DNA of 42,208 nucleotides, taken from assembly GCA_013166775.1 (NCBI GenBank), contig JABLTJ010000030.1:1-42208 (forward strand). Reading direction: 5' to 3'. Numbering within the stretch: position 1 is the stretch's first letter; each line of letters begins with the position of its first letter. This document shows, piece by piece, positions 1 through 9,189 of the stretch. The DNA comes from Promethearchaeati archaeon. Its GTDB lineage: Archaea > Asgardarchaeota > Heimdallarchaeia > Heimdallarchaeales > Heimdallarchaeaceae. The notes beneath the pieces were generated by a model, which worked only from the letters and a program-made list of their open reading frames with translations, was not told where the DNA came from and did not search any database. The position numbers and the translations under genes are program-made.

Positions 1-4
1 GAGT

Positions 5-1030
5 GTGAATTATCCTCATATACTCAAATATCTTCGTCTGGCTAGTAGAGATGTCGAATCTCCCTCCGCGACCAATCTCTTTATTGTGCATGCAAAATCA
101 GAAAATGCAGAAGGGTGGTTAGGGTTACTTAGCCCAATTGACGATATCAATCTCAAAGAAATGGAAGCACTATTGAGACTTAAAATTGATGATATACGAT
201 CCTTTAGTCACTATCACAAAGATTTGTCTCCAATTGAAACTTTACAAAGAAAGAAGCAAGAAAGACAAATAGTGGAAGAGGAAATTAAAAAAGAAGAAGA
301 AGAAGAATTAAAACCAAAAGGTGTCTTGAGCAGATTTTTTGGAATCTTTAAGAAGAAGAAGAAAAAGAAAGTGAAAGCTCCTTCAAAACCTATTATTAAG
401 GTTCAACCTTTTGATACTTGGACAAGACAAATACTTGACGAGTTAATTATTGCAAGTGTATCTGGTATTGGACTTGGATTAGAAGTATATGATTCATATC
501 GAGAAGATGCTTACGTAATCAGCGGAGTAATTGAATCATTAAAACGAAAAGAACAACCAACATTTATTGCTGAAGAAGATCGGGGAGAAACACGCCCCAC
601 AACATTTTACTCAGAAAAATCTATTAATTTTCCATCAGAGTTTCTAGATCCTATAATCAGTGTTTTAGATATAGCAAAAATCTTTATTCCAGCAAGTACA
701 AAGAAGAGCATAACCTCAATCATACCTGAAGAAGCGTTCTATGAAGTAAAAGCTAATCCCGAGATGTTTAGATTAGTAGAGTTTGTAAGTGAAGAAAAAG
801 TAGTTATTGGAATTTTAGCAGAAATAGAAGAACAAACTGCAATAACTTATGCTAGAGGAGAACCAAAATATCAAAGACGTTCAATACAGAGAAAAGCCAG
901 AGAAATCTTACATGCGAGGAGAGTAAACAATATTATTGATTCTGGAAAAAGGACCCTTTCACGTGAAATTGATTGGGATACTGTTAATGTGAGTTATGAA
1001 GAACGACCATTGTTTTATTTGAAGGAATAA
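5..1030 (+). CDS. Hypothetical protein, probably 5'-truncated by the window edge; contains E-rich and K-rich low-complexity stretches
   Basis: 341-aa ORF; the frame stays open to the left edge (AGT codon at 2-4 precedes the GTG); T-tract follows at 1065-1078; no recognisable motif. Confidence 0.8.
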   Translation: MNYPHILKYLRLASRDVESPSATNLFIVHAKSENAEGWLGLLSPIDDINLKEMEALLRLKIDDIRSFSHYHKDLSPIETLQRKKQERQIVEEEIKKEEEEELKPKGVLSRFFGIFKKKKKKKVKAPSKPIIKVQPFDTWTRQILDELIIASVSGIGLGLEVYDSYREDAYVISGVIESLKRKEQPTFIAEEDRGETRPTTFYSEKSINFPSEFLDPIISVLDIAKIFIPASTKKSITSIIPEEAFYEVKANPEMFRLVEFVSEEKVVIGILAEIEEQTAITYARGEPKYQRRSIQRKAREILHARRVNNIIDSGKRTLSREIDWDTVNVSYEERPLFYLKE

Positions 1031-1162
1031 AATCAAAGAAATCATCCTAAATAGAACATCTGTCTTTTTTTTTCTTTTGCGGATAAAAGTATTATAAACT
1101 ATATAATAAACAAAGAGAAGATTCTTACGAAGAGTCTCAGAAGGGGCTAGGGGACTATATTC

Positions 1163-1960
1163 ATGAACGAACTAGAATCTAATGCTAAATTTTTCTTTAT
1201 TAAAGGAAAAGAGGATTTTAACAATGGTAAATATCAAGACTGCATTCGTAACTTAATTTATGCCCAAGAAATGTTTACTTCTATGGGAAATAAAGAACAA
1301 TCTGCCGAAAGTCTCTTCATAATTGCAACTGCTTATTCCAATATTAATCAGCTCTCCCAAGCTCGACAAATTTACTCCCAAGCTTTTTCCAGATACAAAG
1401 ATCTTAACAAGCTAGATAGAATCGGTGAGTGTTCGTATAAATTGGGAGAGATTTACAGAACTGAAGGAAACTTCAAAAAAAGCAAGCAGTATTTAGCTGA
1501 AGCTATTGAAGCATTTACTAAAATGAGTAATATTGAAAAACTTGCAGATACTTGGAAAGAACTAGGTGTTGCCTATCAAACTAGTCTTGACGAGGGATCT
1601 GCTAATCCTAATCATTCCATTAACGCTTACAAGACTGCTATTTCTTACTATAAGAAATTGAAAGTTTATAACAAATTAGCTGAAACACAATACGACTTAG
1701 GTCAACTATTGCTATCTCAAAGTAAATTTAATGATGCTTTAAAAGTTCTTTCTGAGGCTCTCAACTATTATACTAAACAGAAGGATGATGATAACATCAT
1801 CACTTTGTTTATCTTGATTGGTAGAGCTTATTTCAACATGGGTAAAAAACCTAAAGCAAGAGATTATATGTATAAAGCTGTCGAATATATGAGACAAGCT
1901 CAATATTCTCCTGAGAGAATTAATGAGATTAAGAAATCCATTTTTGCCATGTTAGGATAA
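1163..1960 (+). CDS. TPR-repeat protein (all-helical, SNAP/TPR_12-like)
   Basis: Repeating approx. 40-aa helical units with TPR pattern (e.g. YKLGEIYRTEGNFKKSKQYLAEAI; YDLGQLLLSQSKFNDALKVLSEAL); TATA-like TATTATAAA upstream near 1090. Confidence 0.85.
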   Translation: MNELESNAKFFFIKGKEDFNNGKYQDCIRNLIYAQEMFTSMGNKEQSAESLFIIATAYSNINQLSQARQIYSQAFSRYKDLNKLDRIGECSYKLGEIYRTEGNFKKSKQYLAEAIEAFTKMSNIEKLADTWKELGVAYQTSLDEGSANPNHSINAYKTAISYYKKLKVYNKLAETQYDLGQLLLSQSKFNDALKVLSEALNYYTKQKDDDNIITLFILIGRAYFNMGKKPKARDYMYKAVEYMRQAQYSPERINEIKKSIFAMLG

Positions 1961-1963
1961 ACT

Positions 1964-3562
1964 TCATTTATTTTTGTAAAAGGGAGTATAAGTTATTTCA
2001 ACATCATCGCTTGTAACTAGAAATTCAATTTCTTTAAACTTATGAGGTGCCCTTATTAAATCAAAAAGAAATCTCATGTCAAAATCTTCCAAGTGTTTCT
2101 CCTTTTGCATAGTTTTAGGAACAATGTGCCCTAAAATCTGATATCCTGAAAAAATTTTCTTACCTCTTTTGATATTTTTCTCATCCATTGTAGTTCCAGC
2201 TAAAAGAAGAGATTGTACTTCATCATTCTGTGTTATAGCGTTTATACAGAATATTTCCAAATTATTTATCAGTTCCTTATTGCTTTTCTGAAATGTTAGA
2301 GCAACGATGTTCTTTTGAATTTCATACTTCTCTTTTAGAATATCTAAAAGATTGTTAGCTACATATTTTCGTTTTATAGAAAAAGCTGCATCTGAATCAC
2401 TTACAGCATTTTGAAAAGATATTGTAACTTCTTTTTTATCACTTAAGAGACTCTTCGAACTGGTTTTTATTGCTAGATTCTTTAAGTTCTGCGAGGTTTG
2501 AGGAGAAGAATCTAAATCATAAAGCATTGAGACTCCTATTGAATTTGAAAGGATATAAGCCATACCTTTCTTTATTTTTCTTTGTTCTTCATCTTTTATG
2601 TAGTTTACAAATTCAAGAGCCTTTTCAAAATACATCAAAGCATATTGAAAATTTTTGTAATCACTAATACCTCGTCCCAACGCAGAATAATAGAGAGATT
2701 TTTTGTTTGCATTTAAGCTTTCAATATATTCTAGAATTTTGTTCATAGAATTTTCAACTAAAGTGTCTGATAATTTCAGAAAACTTGCTAAAATCGAGAG
2801 ACGACGTGTTGCTTCATAATCATTTGATAATTGTTTTAAAGCTCGTATAACAACTGAAACACCCCTCAGTATAGTACCTTTATATTTTGATGCAACGACT
2901 AATCCAGGATTTTCTGAAAACACTTGAAGAAAGTAATCAGTTGGCATTAGAAGTCTCTCGTTAGGATAAGGTTTTTCGGAAATTGTTTCGATGACATTCT
3001 TACAATATTCGGCAGCTTTGTTATGTTCTTTTTTGAAAAAATGAAATAGTCCTAAATTAATGTTACAGAACACAATATTCTCGTAGATACTATGTTCTTC
3101 CGATAATTCTTTTGATTTATACAAATATTCTACTGCTTTATCCTTGTTAATAGTTCTATTAATAATAAACAACAGATTAAAAATCCTTATACTCAAACCT
3201 GGATCTTTCAACTTGGAAGCTATAGTTTCAGCTTTAACGACAGCTTTCTCTGCGCCTTCATAATCATTTGATAAAAGAAAAGAATCAGCAAGTCTTAGAT
3301 AAAACTCTGCATGATATTTTACTGGAACTTGAGGTAAAATTGCTTTTATTGAACGCAGAACAATGAGAGCTTCAGTTCGTTCTTCTTTATTAAGTAATTT
3401 TTTGGTTTCTACCAATAAATACTCTACGAAATTATTCTTAGAGAGTTTTTTATCTAATCCTAATTGAGTTAAAATCTCTTCATAGCTTTCTCTCTCATTT
3501 ATTTTACTGGCTAGGATTTGTGGTTTAATTGACTTAAAGTAATTATGAGGAGCTACAGTCAT
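1964..3562 (-). CDS. TPR-repeat protein with an unassigned C-terminal alpha/beta domain
   Basis: 532 aa; TPR-like units (FYLRLADSFLLSNDYEGAEKAV; INLGLFHFFKKEHNKAAEY; YSALGRGISDYKNFQYALMYFEKALE); convergent with the previous gene, 3-nt gap. Confidence 0.75.
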   Translation of the reverse strand: MTVAPHNYFKSIKPQILASKINERESYEEILTQLGLDKKLSKNNFVEYLLVETKKLLNKEERTEALIVLRSIKAILPQVPVKYHAEFYLRLADSFLLSNDYEGAEKAVVKAETIASKLKDPGLSIRIFNLLFIINRTINKDKAVEYLYKSKELSEEHSIYENIVFCNINLGLFHFFKKEHNKAAEYCKNVIETISEKPYPNERLLMPTDYFLQVFSENPGLVVASKYKGTILRGVSVVIRALKQLSNDYEATRRLSILASFLKLSDTLVENSMNKILEYIESLNANKKSLYYSALGRGISDYKNFQYALMYFEKALEFVNYIKDEEQRKIKKGMAYILSNSIGVSMLYDLDSSPQTSQNLKNLAIKTSSKSLLSDKKEVTISFQNAVSDSDAAFSIKRKYVANNLLDILKEKYEIQKNIVALTFQKSNKELINNLEIFCINAITQNDEVQSLLLAGTTMDEKNIKRGKKIFSGYQILGHIVPKTMQKEKHLEDFDMRFLFDLIRAPHKFKEIEFLVTSDDVEITYTPFYKNK

Positions 3563-3620
3563 TAATGCTGATATAAAATGAGGAAATAAATCTGTTTTGA
3601 TTCATTTCTTTAAAAATAAA

Positions 3621-5141
3621 TTACTCTTTCAACTGTTTCTTTATTTCTTTCTTTAGCTCAGAAATTGAAACAATTTTCTGATCTCCAGTTCTTAAATCCC
3701 TTATTGTCACATTGTTTTCTGCCAAATCTCTTTTCCCTATAATTACCATTAACGGAATATTCCTACTACCTGCATCCTCTAATTGTCTACTTAGATTCCA
3801 GTTCAAGGGATTAAAAAGTACTGAATAGTCGTTTCGGAGTTTATTTGCGATTTCAGAAGTTTCAGCTAGGACGTCTCTTGATATATGAGCTACGTAGATT
3901 TTTGCTGGAGAAGAATATTCCTCAAACCTTCCAAGATGTTTTAGTATTGAGTGCAAGACTGTTTCTCCCATACCAATTCCAGTTGCTGGAATTAGACCTC
4001 CACCAAAGCTTTCAACTAATCTATCATATCTTCCTCCACCGGCTATAGCCCTAACTACATATCCTGTTCTGTCAAAGAATTCATACACGATTCCAGTATA
4101 GTATTCTAATCCTCTCGCTATAGATGTATCATATTCACAATTTTCTATTACATTAAACAGTTCAAGAAAATAAGCTAGTTCTTCTAGATTCTTCAGAGCT
4201 TTCTCTGATTTTTCACCAATATCCAGTTCCTTTAATTTAAGAAGTACATCTTTTGGTTTTCCTCGTATTGTGACGAAAGTATAAAGCTTAGCTGCTTGTT
4301 CTGAGGTTAAACCAATTTCAATAAATGCTGTTTTTAAACCGTCTTCTTCAATAGAATTAAGTTGATCTAGATATTTAAATAGAATTGATTGCTTTTTTAT
4401 TTCTGAATAATCTTCCTTTATTTCAGGATCCTGTTGCCAAATTGTACGTAATTTAAGTGCAAAATCAGTAACTTCTCTTTTCTTTGGATTCTTTCCTGTC
4501 TCAGCTTGGATATCTTTTTTAATTTTCTTTTCAAGTGCAGTTTGAAGGTGTTTTGCTCTAGCATCTACTGCTCTGATGACATCAACATAGTTGGGTGCTT
4601 TAATATATTCAATGAAACCCTGGAGAAGTTCTCTACTGTTAACTACACAAATAAATTCTCCATCTTCTAATCCTGCAGTTTTTATGATATTCACTGAAAG
4701 GGCGATAATCTCTGCGTCTGCAGCAGGGTGATCTATACCAATGATATCTGCATTAAACTGATAATGTTCCTTGACTCTACCCCTTTGTGGTGTTTCATCT
4801 CTGAAAACTCTAGGAATGCTATACCATCTCATTGGTTTAGGATATCTTTGATGTTGATTTACTACGAGCCTAGCTAATGATGGAGTTAGTTCAGGACGCA
4901 GAACTAATTTTCTGTTTTCTCTATCGAAGAGTCTATAAGTTTCATCAACTAATTCCTGACCAGATTTATACTCTATAAGTTTCGCAAATTCAACTGTTGG
5001 ACTTTCATATTCTTCATAACCAAACTTACAGGAAACTGAATGCATTGCATCAAAAATAACTTTATATTCTGCACAATCTTCAGGATAAAAATCTCTGAAA
5101 CCCTTGATTCCTTTTAGTATTTCTTTTAGCTCTGAATCCAT
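3621..5141 (-). CDS. hisS: Histidyl-tRNA synthetase
   Basis: GFRDFYP, LRPELTPSLAR, FRDETPQRGRVKEHYQFNADIIG (motif 2), ARGLEYYTG, AGGGRYD, C-terminal anticodon-binding domain. Confidence 0.97.
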   Translation of the reverse strand: MDSELKEILKGIKGFRDFYPEDCAEYKVIFDAMHSVSCKFGYEEYESPTVEFAKLIEYKSGQELVDETYRLFDRENRKLVLRPELTPSLARLVVNQHQRYPKPMRWYSIPRVFRDETPQRGRVKEHYQFNADIIGIDHPAADAEIIALSVNIIKTAGLEDGEFICVVNSRELLQGFIEYIKAPNYVDVIRAVDARAKHLQTALEKKIKKDIQAETGKNPKKREVTDFALKLRTIWQQDPEIKEDYSEIKKQSILFKYLDQLNSIEEDGLKTAFIEIGLTSEQAAKLYTFVTIRGKPKDVLLKLKELDIGEKSEKALKNLEELAYFLELFNVIENCEYDTSIARGLEYYTGIVYEFFDRTGYVVRAIAGGGRYDRLVESFGGGLIPATGIGMGETVLHSILKHLGRFEEYSSPAKIYVAHISRDVLAETSEIANKLRNDYSVLFNPLNWNLSRQLEDAGSRNIPLMVIIGKRDLAENNVTIRDLRTGDQKIVSISELKKEIKKQLKE

Positions 5142-5220
5142 TATTAGATCAAGTTAAGGAAAAATGAAAAATATTTAACACTATTGTTCAAGTTTAATTT
5201 TCTTTTAAAACAAAAGAACC

Positions 5221-6207
5221 TTAAAAATAATCATCAACCATAGAAATTTCAAACATTGGTTGCTCCTTTACCGACCAGAAGGATTGCTTGTCAATCATAT
5301 ATTTGATTAGATAACTTGTTAGATCTGACTCTGAAAGATGTTTTCCTTTTTCAGTTCTTAATCCATGAATCTCTTTTACAAATTCAGTAAGTAATTTCAT
5401 AAGAAGGTTGGTTCCTTTGAAATCTTTACTTTCAGTAGTGACTAACCAACAAGATGTTTGACTATCAGCTGCCATAACTATTTGTCGGCTTTTAAACCTC
5501 ATATATTCTAGAATGGATTCGTCTCCATCCGCGAATTTGTATCGAATAACAGGATATAAGCCTTTATCAATTAAAGTGGGTTCTGGACTTCTAATTCTTG
5601 CTTCAACAATTCCTTGTTCTGTCTTGATATATGCTACAAAGTAATCAACAGCGATTCCAACGCTAATTAAATTCTCAATAATAGTATTAGCTAACCAATC
5701 TACTGTTTTCTTGATGTTTTTTCCTGTTATGGGAGAGATAGAGAAACATTCTATTCCACTAATGTTACCAGTAGTTTGGAAAATTTTACTTATGGATTGG
5801 ATGGTTTTACTATCAATTGACCTATCCCATGTGTTTATCAAAACTAAAACAGGGGATTGTTTCTTGATCCATTTTAGTGCGCGTACAAACCAGGTTTTTG
5901 ATTCATCTATTCTTTCTTCATTGGTTGCATCAACAACATAAATCAAAGCATCAGATTTAGAGATATAACTTTCCCATAAAGATTTTCTAAAAGGTTCTTG
6001 TCCCCCCAAATCTGTCAATCCAAGTCTAAGACCATCAATTTTTATGATTTCCTGATTAATTCCAAAAGTTGCGTAAGTTTCATGAATCTCTTCATGGAGA
6101 AGCTTATTAATAATTAGAGTCTTCCCTACCCCATCTAATCCTGCAACAGAGACAGTTAAATCTCTAGAGGACAGAGTCCAATCATTTCCATAGTTTGGCT
6201 CCAACAA
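5221..6207 (-). CDS. Arf-family small GTPase fused to a C-terminal longin/roadblock-like domain
   Basis: G1 GLDGVGKT, G2 TFGIN, G3 DLGGQ followed by FRKSLWESY, YVVDAT, atypical G4 NTWD, G5 SPITG; approx. 150-aa C-terminal extension with a beta-beta-alpha-beta-beta-beta-alpha-alpha pattern. Confidence 0.85.
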   Translation of the reverse strand: MLEPNYGNDWTLSSRDLTVSVAGLDGVGKTLIINKLLHEEIHETYATFGINQEIIKIDGLRLGLTDLGGQEPFRKSLWESYISKSDALIYVVDATNEERIDESKTWFVRALKWIKKQSPVLVLINTWDRSIDSKTIQSISKIFQTTGNISGIECFSISPITGKNIKKTVDWLANTIIENLISVGIAVDYFVAYIKTEQGIVEARIRSPEPTLIDKGLYPVIRYKFADGDESILEYMRFKSRQIVMAADSQTSCWLVTTESKDFKGTNLLMKLLTEFVKEIHGLRTEKGKHLSESDLTSYLIKYMIDKQSFWSVKEQPMFEISMVDDYF

Positions 6208-6394
6208 ATTGTTTCACTTTTTCTGATTCATATCAATATGTAAAGAATCGCCAGAATAACCCCAGTACATTTTAGGTTTACACTTTTAAAAACATTCTGA
6301 ATCAGATATCCGCAATAAAAGAAGACTCAAAATTATTAAAGATTTCTCAGGGTGTTTAAGATTAGAAAAATAAACTGTAAATTTTTTTGCTAAT

Positions 6395-6410
6395 CGGAAA
6401 ATATATATAA
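6395..6410 (+). promoter_or_regulatory. Putative BRE + TATA box of the thermosome gene
   Basis: CGGAAAATATATATAA about 60-75 nt upstream of the ATG at 6471; SD-like GAGGT at 6459-6463. Confidence 0.6.
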
Positions 6411-6470
6411 CAGAGAATAACACCCTAAAACGAAATTAAGTTACTCAAGAAGATATTTGAGGTAGTTAAA

Positions 6471-8093
6471 ATGTATGGTCAACCTGTTTATATATTAAAG
6501 GAAGGAACCGAAAGAACTCGAGGTAAAGATGCCCAGAGGAATAATATCACAGCCGCAAGAGCTGTTTCTGAAGCAATTCGTTCTGCTTTAGGTCCAAAAG
6601 GAATGGACAAAATGTTGATTGATAATTTTGGTGACACCACAGTTACTAATGATGGTGCAACAATTTTAAAAGAAATTGAAGTTAGTCATCCAGCTGCTAA
6701 ATTTGTTATTGATCTTGCAAAAACTCAAGATCAAGAAACAGGTGATGGAACTACAACTGTTGTAGTTATTGCAGGAGAATTACTAAAGCAAGCAGAAGAT
6801 TTATTGGATTTGGATATTCATCCTAGCTCTATTATTGAAGGGTATAAGTTAGCTCGTTTTAAAGCGGAAGAAATTTTGAATGAAATGTCAAAAGAAGTTG
6901 CATTTGACGATGTAGAAACACTCAAATTTGTTTCACAAACATCCATGTCTTCTAAAATAATCAGTGGTGAAAAAGAGGCTATGTCGGAAATAGTTGTCGA
7001 AGCTGTTAAAGCTGTAGCAGAAGAAAAGAAAGGAGAAATGTTCGCTGATATTGATAACATTCAAATTCAAAAGAAGAAGGGTGGAAGTTTAGTAGATACA
7101 CAATTAATTGATGGAATAATTTTGGATAAAGAATTCGTTCATACTGATATGCCAAAAAAAATTGAAAATGCTAAACTCTTACTCATAGACAAAGGACTTG
7201 AGCTGAGTAAAACAGAAATAGACGCAAAAATCAATATTACAAGTCCTGATCAAATTCAAGCATTCTTGGATAATGAACATGAAATGTTAAAAGAAATGGC
7301 AGATAAGATAGTCGAATCTGGTGCCAATGTTGTTCTTTGCCAAAAAGGAATTGATGATATAGTACAACACTATCTAGCTAAGAAAGGAATTTCAGCTGTT
7401 CGTAGAATAAAGAAAAGCGATATGGAAAAACTCGCTAAAGCTACTGGAGCTAAAATCACTACAAGCTTAGAAGACCTTGGTAAGTTTTTAGGAAAAGCAC
7501 AAATTGCTGAAGAGAAATCTATTGGTGATGATAATATGATTTTCATTACTGGATGCACAAATCCTAAAGCAGTCTCTATTATCATTCGTGGCGGAACAGA
7601 GATGATTGTTAATGAAGCAGAGAGAGCGATACACGATGCTTTGTGTGTTGTTCGTCAAGTAATCCATGACAAGAAGGTTGTTCCAGGTGGTGGTGCTCCA
7701 GAAATTCGCATAAGCCAAAAACTTAACGAATTTGCCATGGGTCACACAAGTAAAGTCCAACTAGCAATTGAGAAGTTCGCAAAAGCTATGGAAATAATAC
7801 CCAGAACTCTAGCAGAGAATGCGGGATTAGATCCAATCGATGTCCTTTCCGAACTTCATGTTCAACATGCAAAGAATGGTCATGTTTATGGTGTTAATCC
7901 TTTTGCTGCAAAAGTTGATGATATGGCAAAACTCAATGTTTGGGAACCTATTTCAGTAAAGAATCAAGCAATAAGTAGTGCTGCTGAAGCTGCTGAAATG
8001 ATCCTAAGAATAGATGATGTTATCGCTGCTAAAGAGCTATCTGGTGGTGGAATGCCCCCTGGTGGTCCAGGCGGAATGGACGAGGATTATTAA
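6471..8093 (+). CDS. ths: Thermosome subunit (group II chaperonin)
   Basis: LGPKGMDKM, TNDGATIL, GDGTTT, VPGGGAPE, ILRIDDVI, GGM-rich C-terminal tail. Confidence 0.98.
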   Translation: MYGQPVYILKEGTERTRGKDAQRNNITAARAVSEAIRSALGPKGMDKMLIDNFGDTTVTNDGATILKEIEVSHPAAKFVIDLAKTQDQETGDGTTTVVVIAGELLKQAEDLLDLDIHPSSIIEGYKLARFKAEEILNEMSKEVAFDDVETLKFVSQTSMSSKIISGEKEAMSEIVVEAVKAVAEEKKGEMFADIDNIQIQKKKGGSLVDTQLIDGIILDKEFVHTDMPKKIENAKLLLIDKGLELSKTEIDAKINITSPDQIQAFLDNEHEMLKEMADKIVESGANVVLCQKGIDDIVQHYLAKKGISAVRRIKKSDMEKLAKATGAKITTSLEDLGKFLGKAQIAEEKSIGDDNMIFITGCTNPKAVSIIIRGGTEMIVNEAERAIHDALCVVRQVIHDKKVVPGGGAPEIRISQKLNEFAMGHTSKVQLAIEKFAKAMEIIPRTLAENAGLDPIDVLSELHVQHAKNGHVYGVNPFAAKVDDMAKLNVWEPISVKNQAISSAAEAAEMILRIDDVIAAKELSGGGMPPGGPGGMDEDY

Positions 8094-8100
8094 TTCCATA

Positions 8101-8138
8101 TCTTTTTTCTCTTTTATTCTTCATTTTTTTGCTTTTTC
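8101..8138 (+). terminator. Oligo-T tracts, probable archaeal intrinsic terminator of the thermosome gene
   Basis: TCTTTTTTCTCTTTTATTCTTCATTTTTTTGCTTTTTC immediately after the stop codon. Confidence 0.6.
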
Positions 8139-8188
8139 AAGGAAATCATTATTAATTATTTGACATAATAAAACAATTGAATAGAGAA

Positions 8189-8528
8189 ATGGAAGAGCAT
8201 GAAATAATAACTGATATAGAAAAGTTAACACCAGAATGGTTAACGAATATCTTCAAGAGTAATGGTTACCTCAACAAAGAAGAATTACAGCAATTACTAG
8301 TAGAAATACACTTGATGCATTTTCTTCTAATATAAATGCTTTGGAGTTAACTTTTTCAGAAGACGATCAGATGAAATCTGAATCCTTAAAAGCGATTATA
8401 AAAGCAGCTTCACCCAAAACCAAACATAGTCAATTTTTTAGTAAAAAAAAGTGGAATTTTATTATCTCGTTGCTGGACAGTTGAGTGGAAAATTAATTCC
8501 GAAATGCTATGATGCAAAATATTCTGAT
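8189..8528 (+). pseudogene. N-terminal remnant of an APH/EcKinase-like phosphotransferase with two frameshifts, truncated
   Basis: Across three frames it reads MEEHEIITDIEKLTPEWLTNIFKSNGYLNK / RITAITSRNTLDAFSSNINALELTFS...IIKAASPK / VEFYYLVAGQLSGKLIPKCYDAKYSD; TPEWLT and (E)VxFY...PxCYxA are typical of this family; frameshifts near 8279 and in the A8 run at 8443-8450. Confidence 0.65.
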
Positions 8529-8786
8529 ATCCTTGCTTTTCAGCTTTGTTTTTCAACGCTTTGATTACCCTTTCATCAGAATCTACAGAGTAGACTTTTC
8601 CTTCAAATCCAAGGTTTTAGTCATATGGAGTGAATAATAGCCCAGACCACAACCAAGGTCAGCAACTATTTGACCTGATTTAATATATGGTTCAACGAAT
8701 TTTTTAGGAGGTTCAAACATCCTTGCGATTTTATGTGAAAACAATGAAAATTGTTTATCTTGTTTCTCTTTCTTAATACTCATCAC
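8518..8786 (-). pseudogene. Class I SAM methyltransferase remnant, frameshifted and truncated
   Basis: Motif I VADLGCGLGYYS; after a frameshift near 8615 it continues LGFEGKVYSVDSDERVIKALKNKAEKQGYQNI and then runs into the kinase remnant. Confidence 0.75.
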
Positions 8787-8810
8787 AAAACAACCTGATT
8801 ATCTATAAAT

Positions 8811-9023
8811 TCAATCATAGGTTTTGAGTGCTTTGGTAATTTTATCAATCATATCGTTTGTAACTTTATTTGATTCAAGCTCAACAATAGAAACCCATGT
8901 TGAATAAGCTGCTTCTCTCACTTTTTGATTCTTATCTTTTATGCCATCCACTATAACATCCACTATTTCAGGGGTAAGTTCTAGTGTACCATCTGATTTG
9001 AGTTTTTGAGGAGTATAGGACAT
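8811..9023 (-). CDS. Small HEAT-repeat-like protein (70 aa)
   Basis: IVDVIVDGIKDKNQKVREAAYSTW fits the HEAT consensus LxxxLxDxxxxVRxxA; TATA-like element upstream on the minus strand (about 9044-9056). Confidence 0.6.
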   Translation of the reverse strand: MSYTPQKLKSDGTLELTPEIVDVIVDGIKDKNQKVREAAYSTWVSIVELESNKVTNDMIDKITKALKTYD

Positions 9024-9189
9024 TGTCTAATTTGTATCTAAGTATATATCTTAAAAAATCTTTTCCATTCTTCTCTAAAATGGAATATTTTGGTGTTTTT
9101 GGACTTTCCTGAGGTTTTGTAATGCAAAATTAACCAAATTCTTCTGCAGAAGATGGAAGTTATTTGGAAAAAAGAAAGAGAAAATGTCT

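Noticed and set aside
6348-6426. AGGGTGTT...AACACCCT inverted repeat around the thermosome promoter as a heat-shock operator
   Set aside because: Only 8 bp with a spacer of about 60 nt, and no match to a heat-shock element I can name
9140-9153. Perfect 14-bp palindrome TCTTCTGCAGAAGA
   Set aside because: Single occurrence with no associated element or second copy; function unsupported
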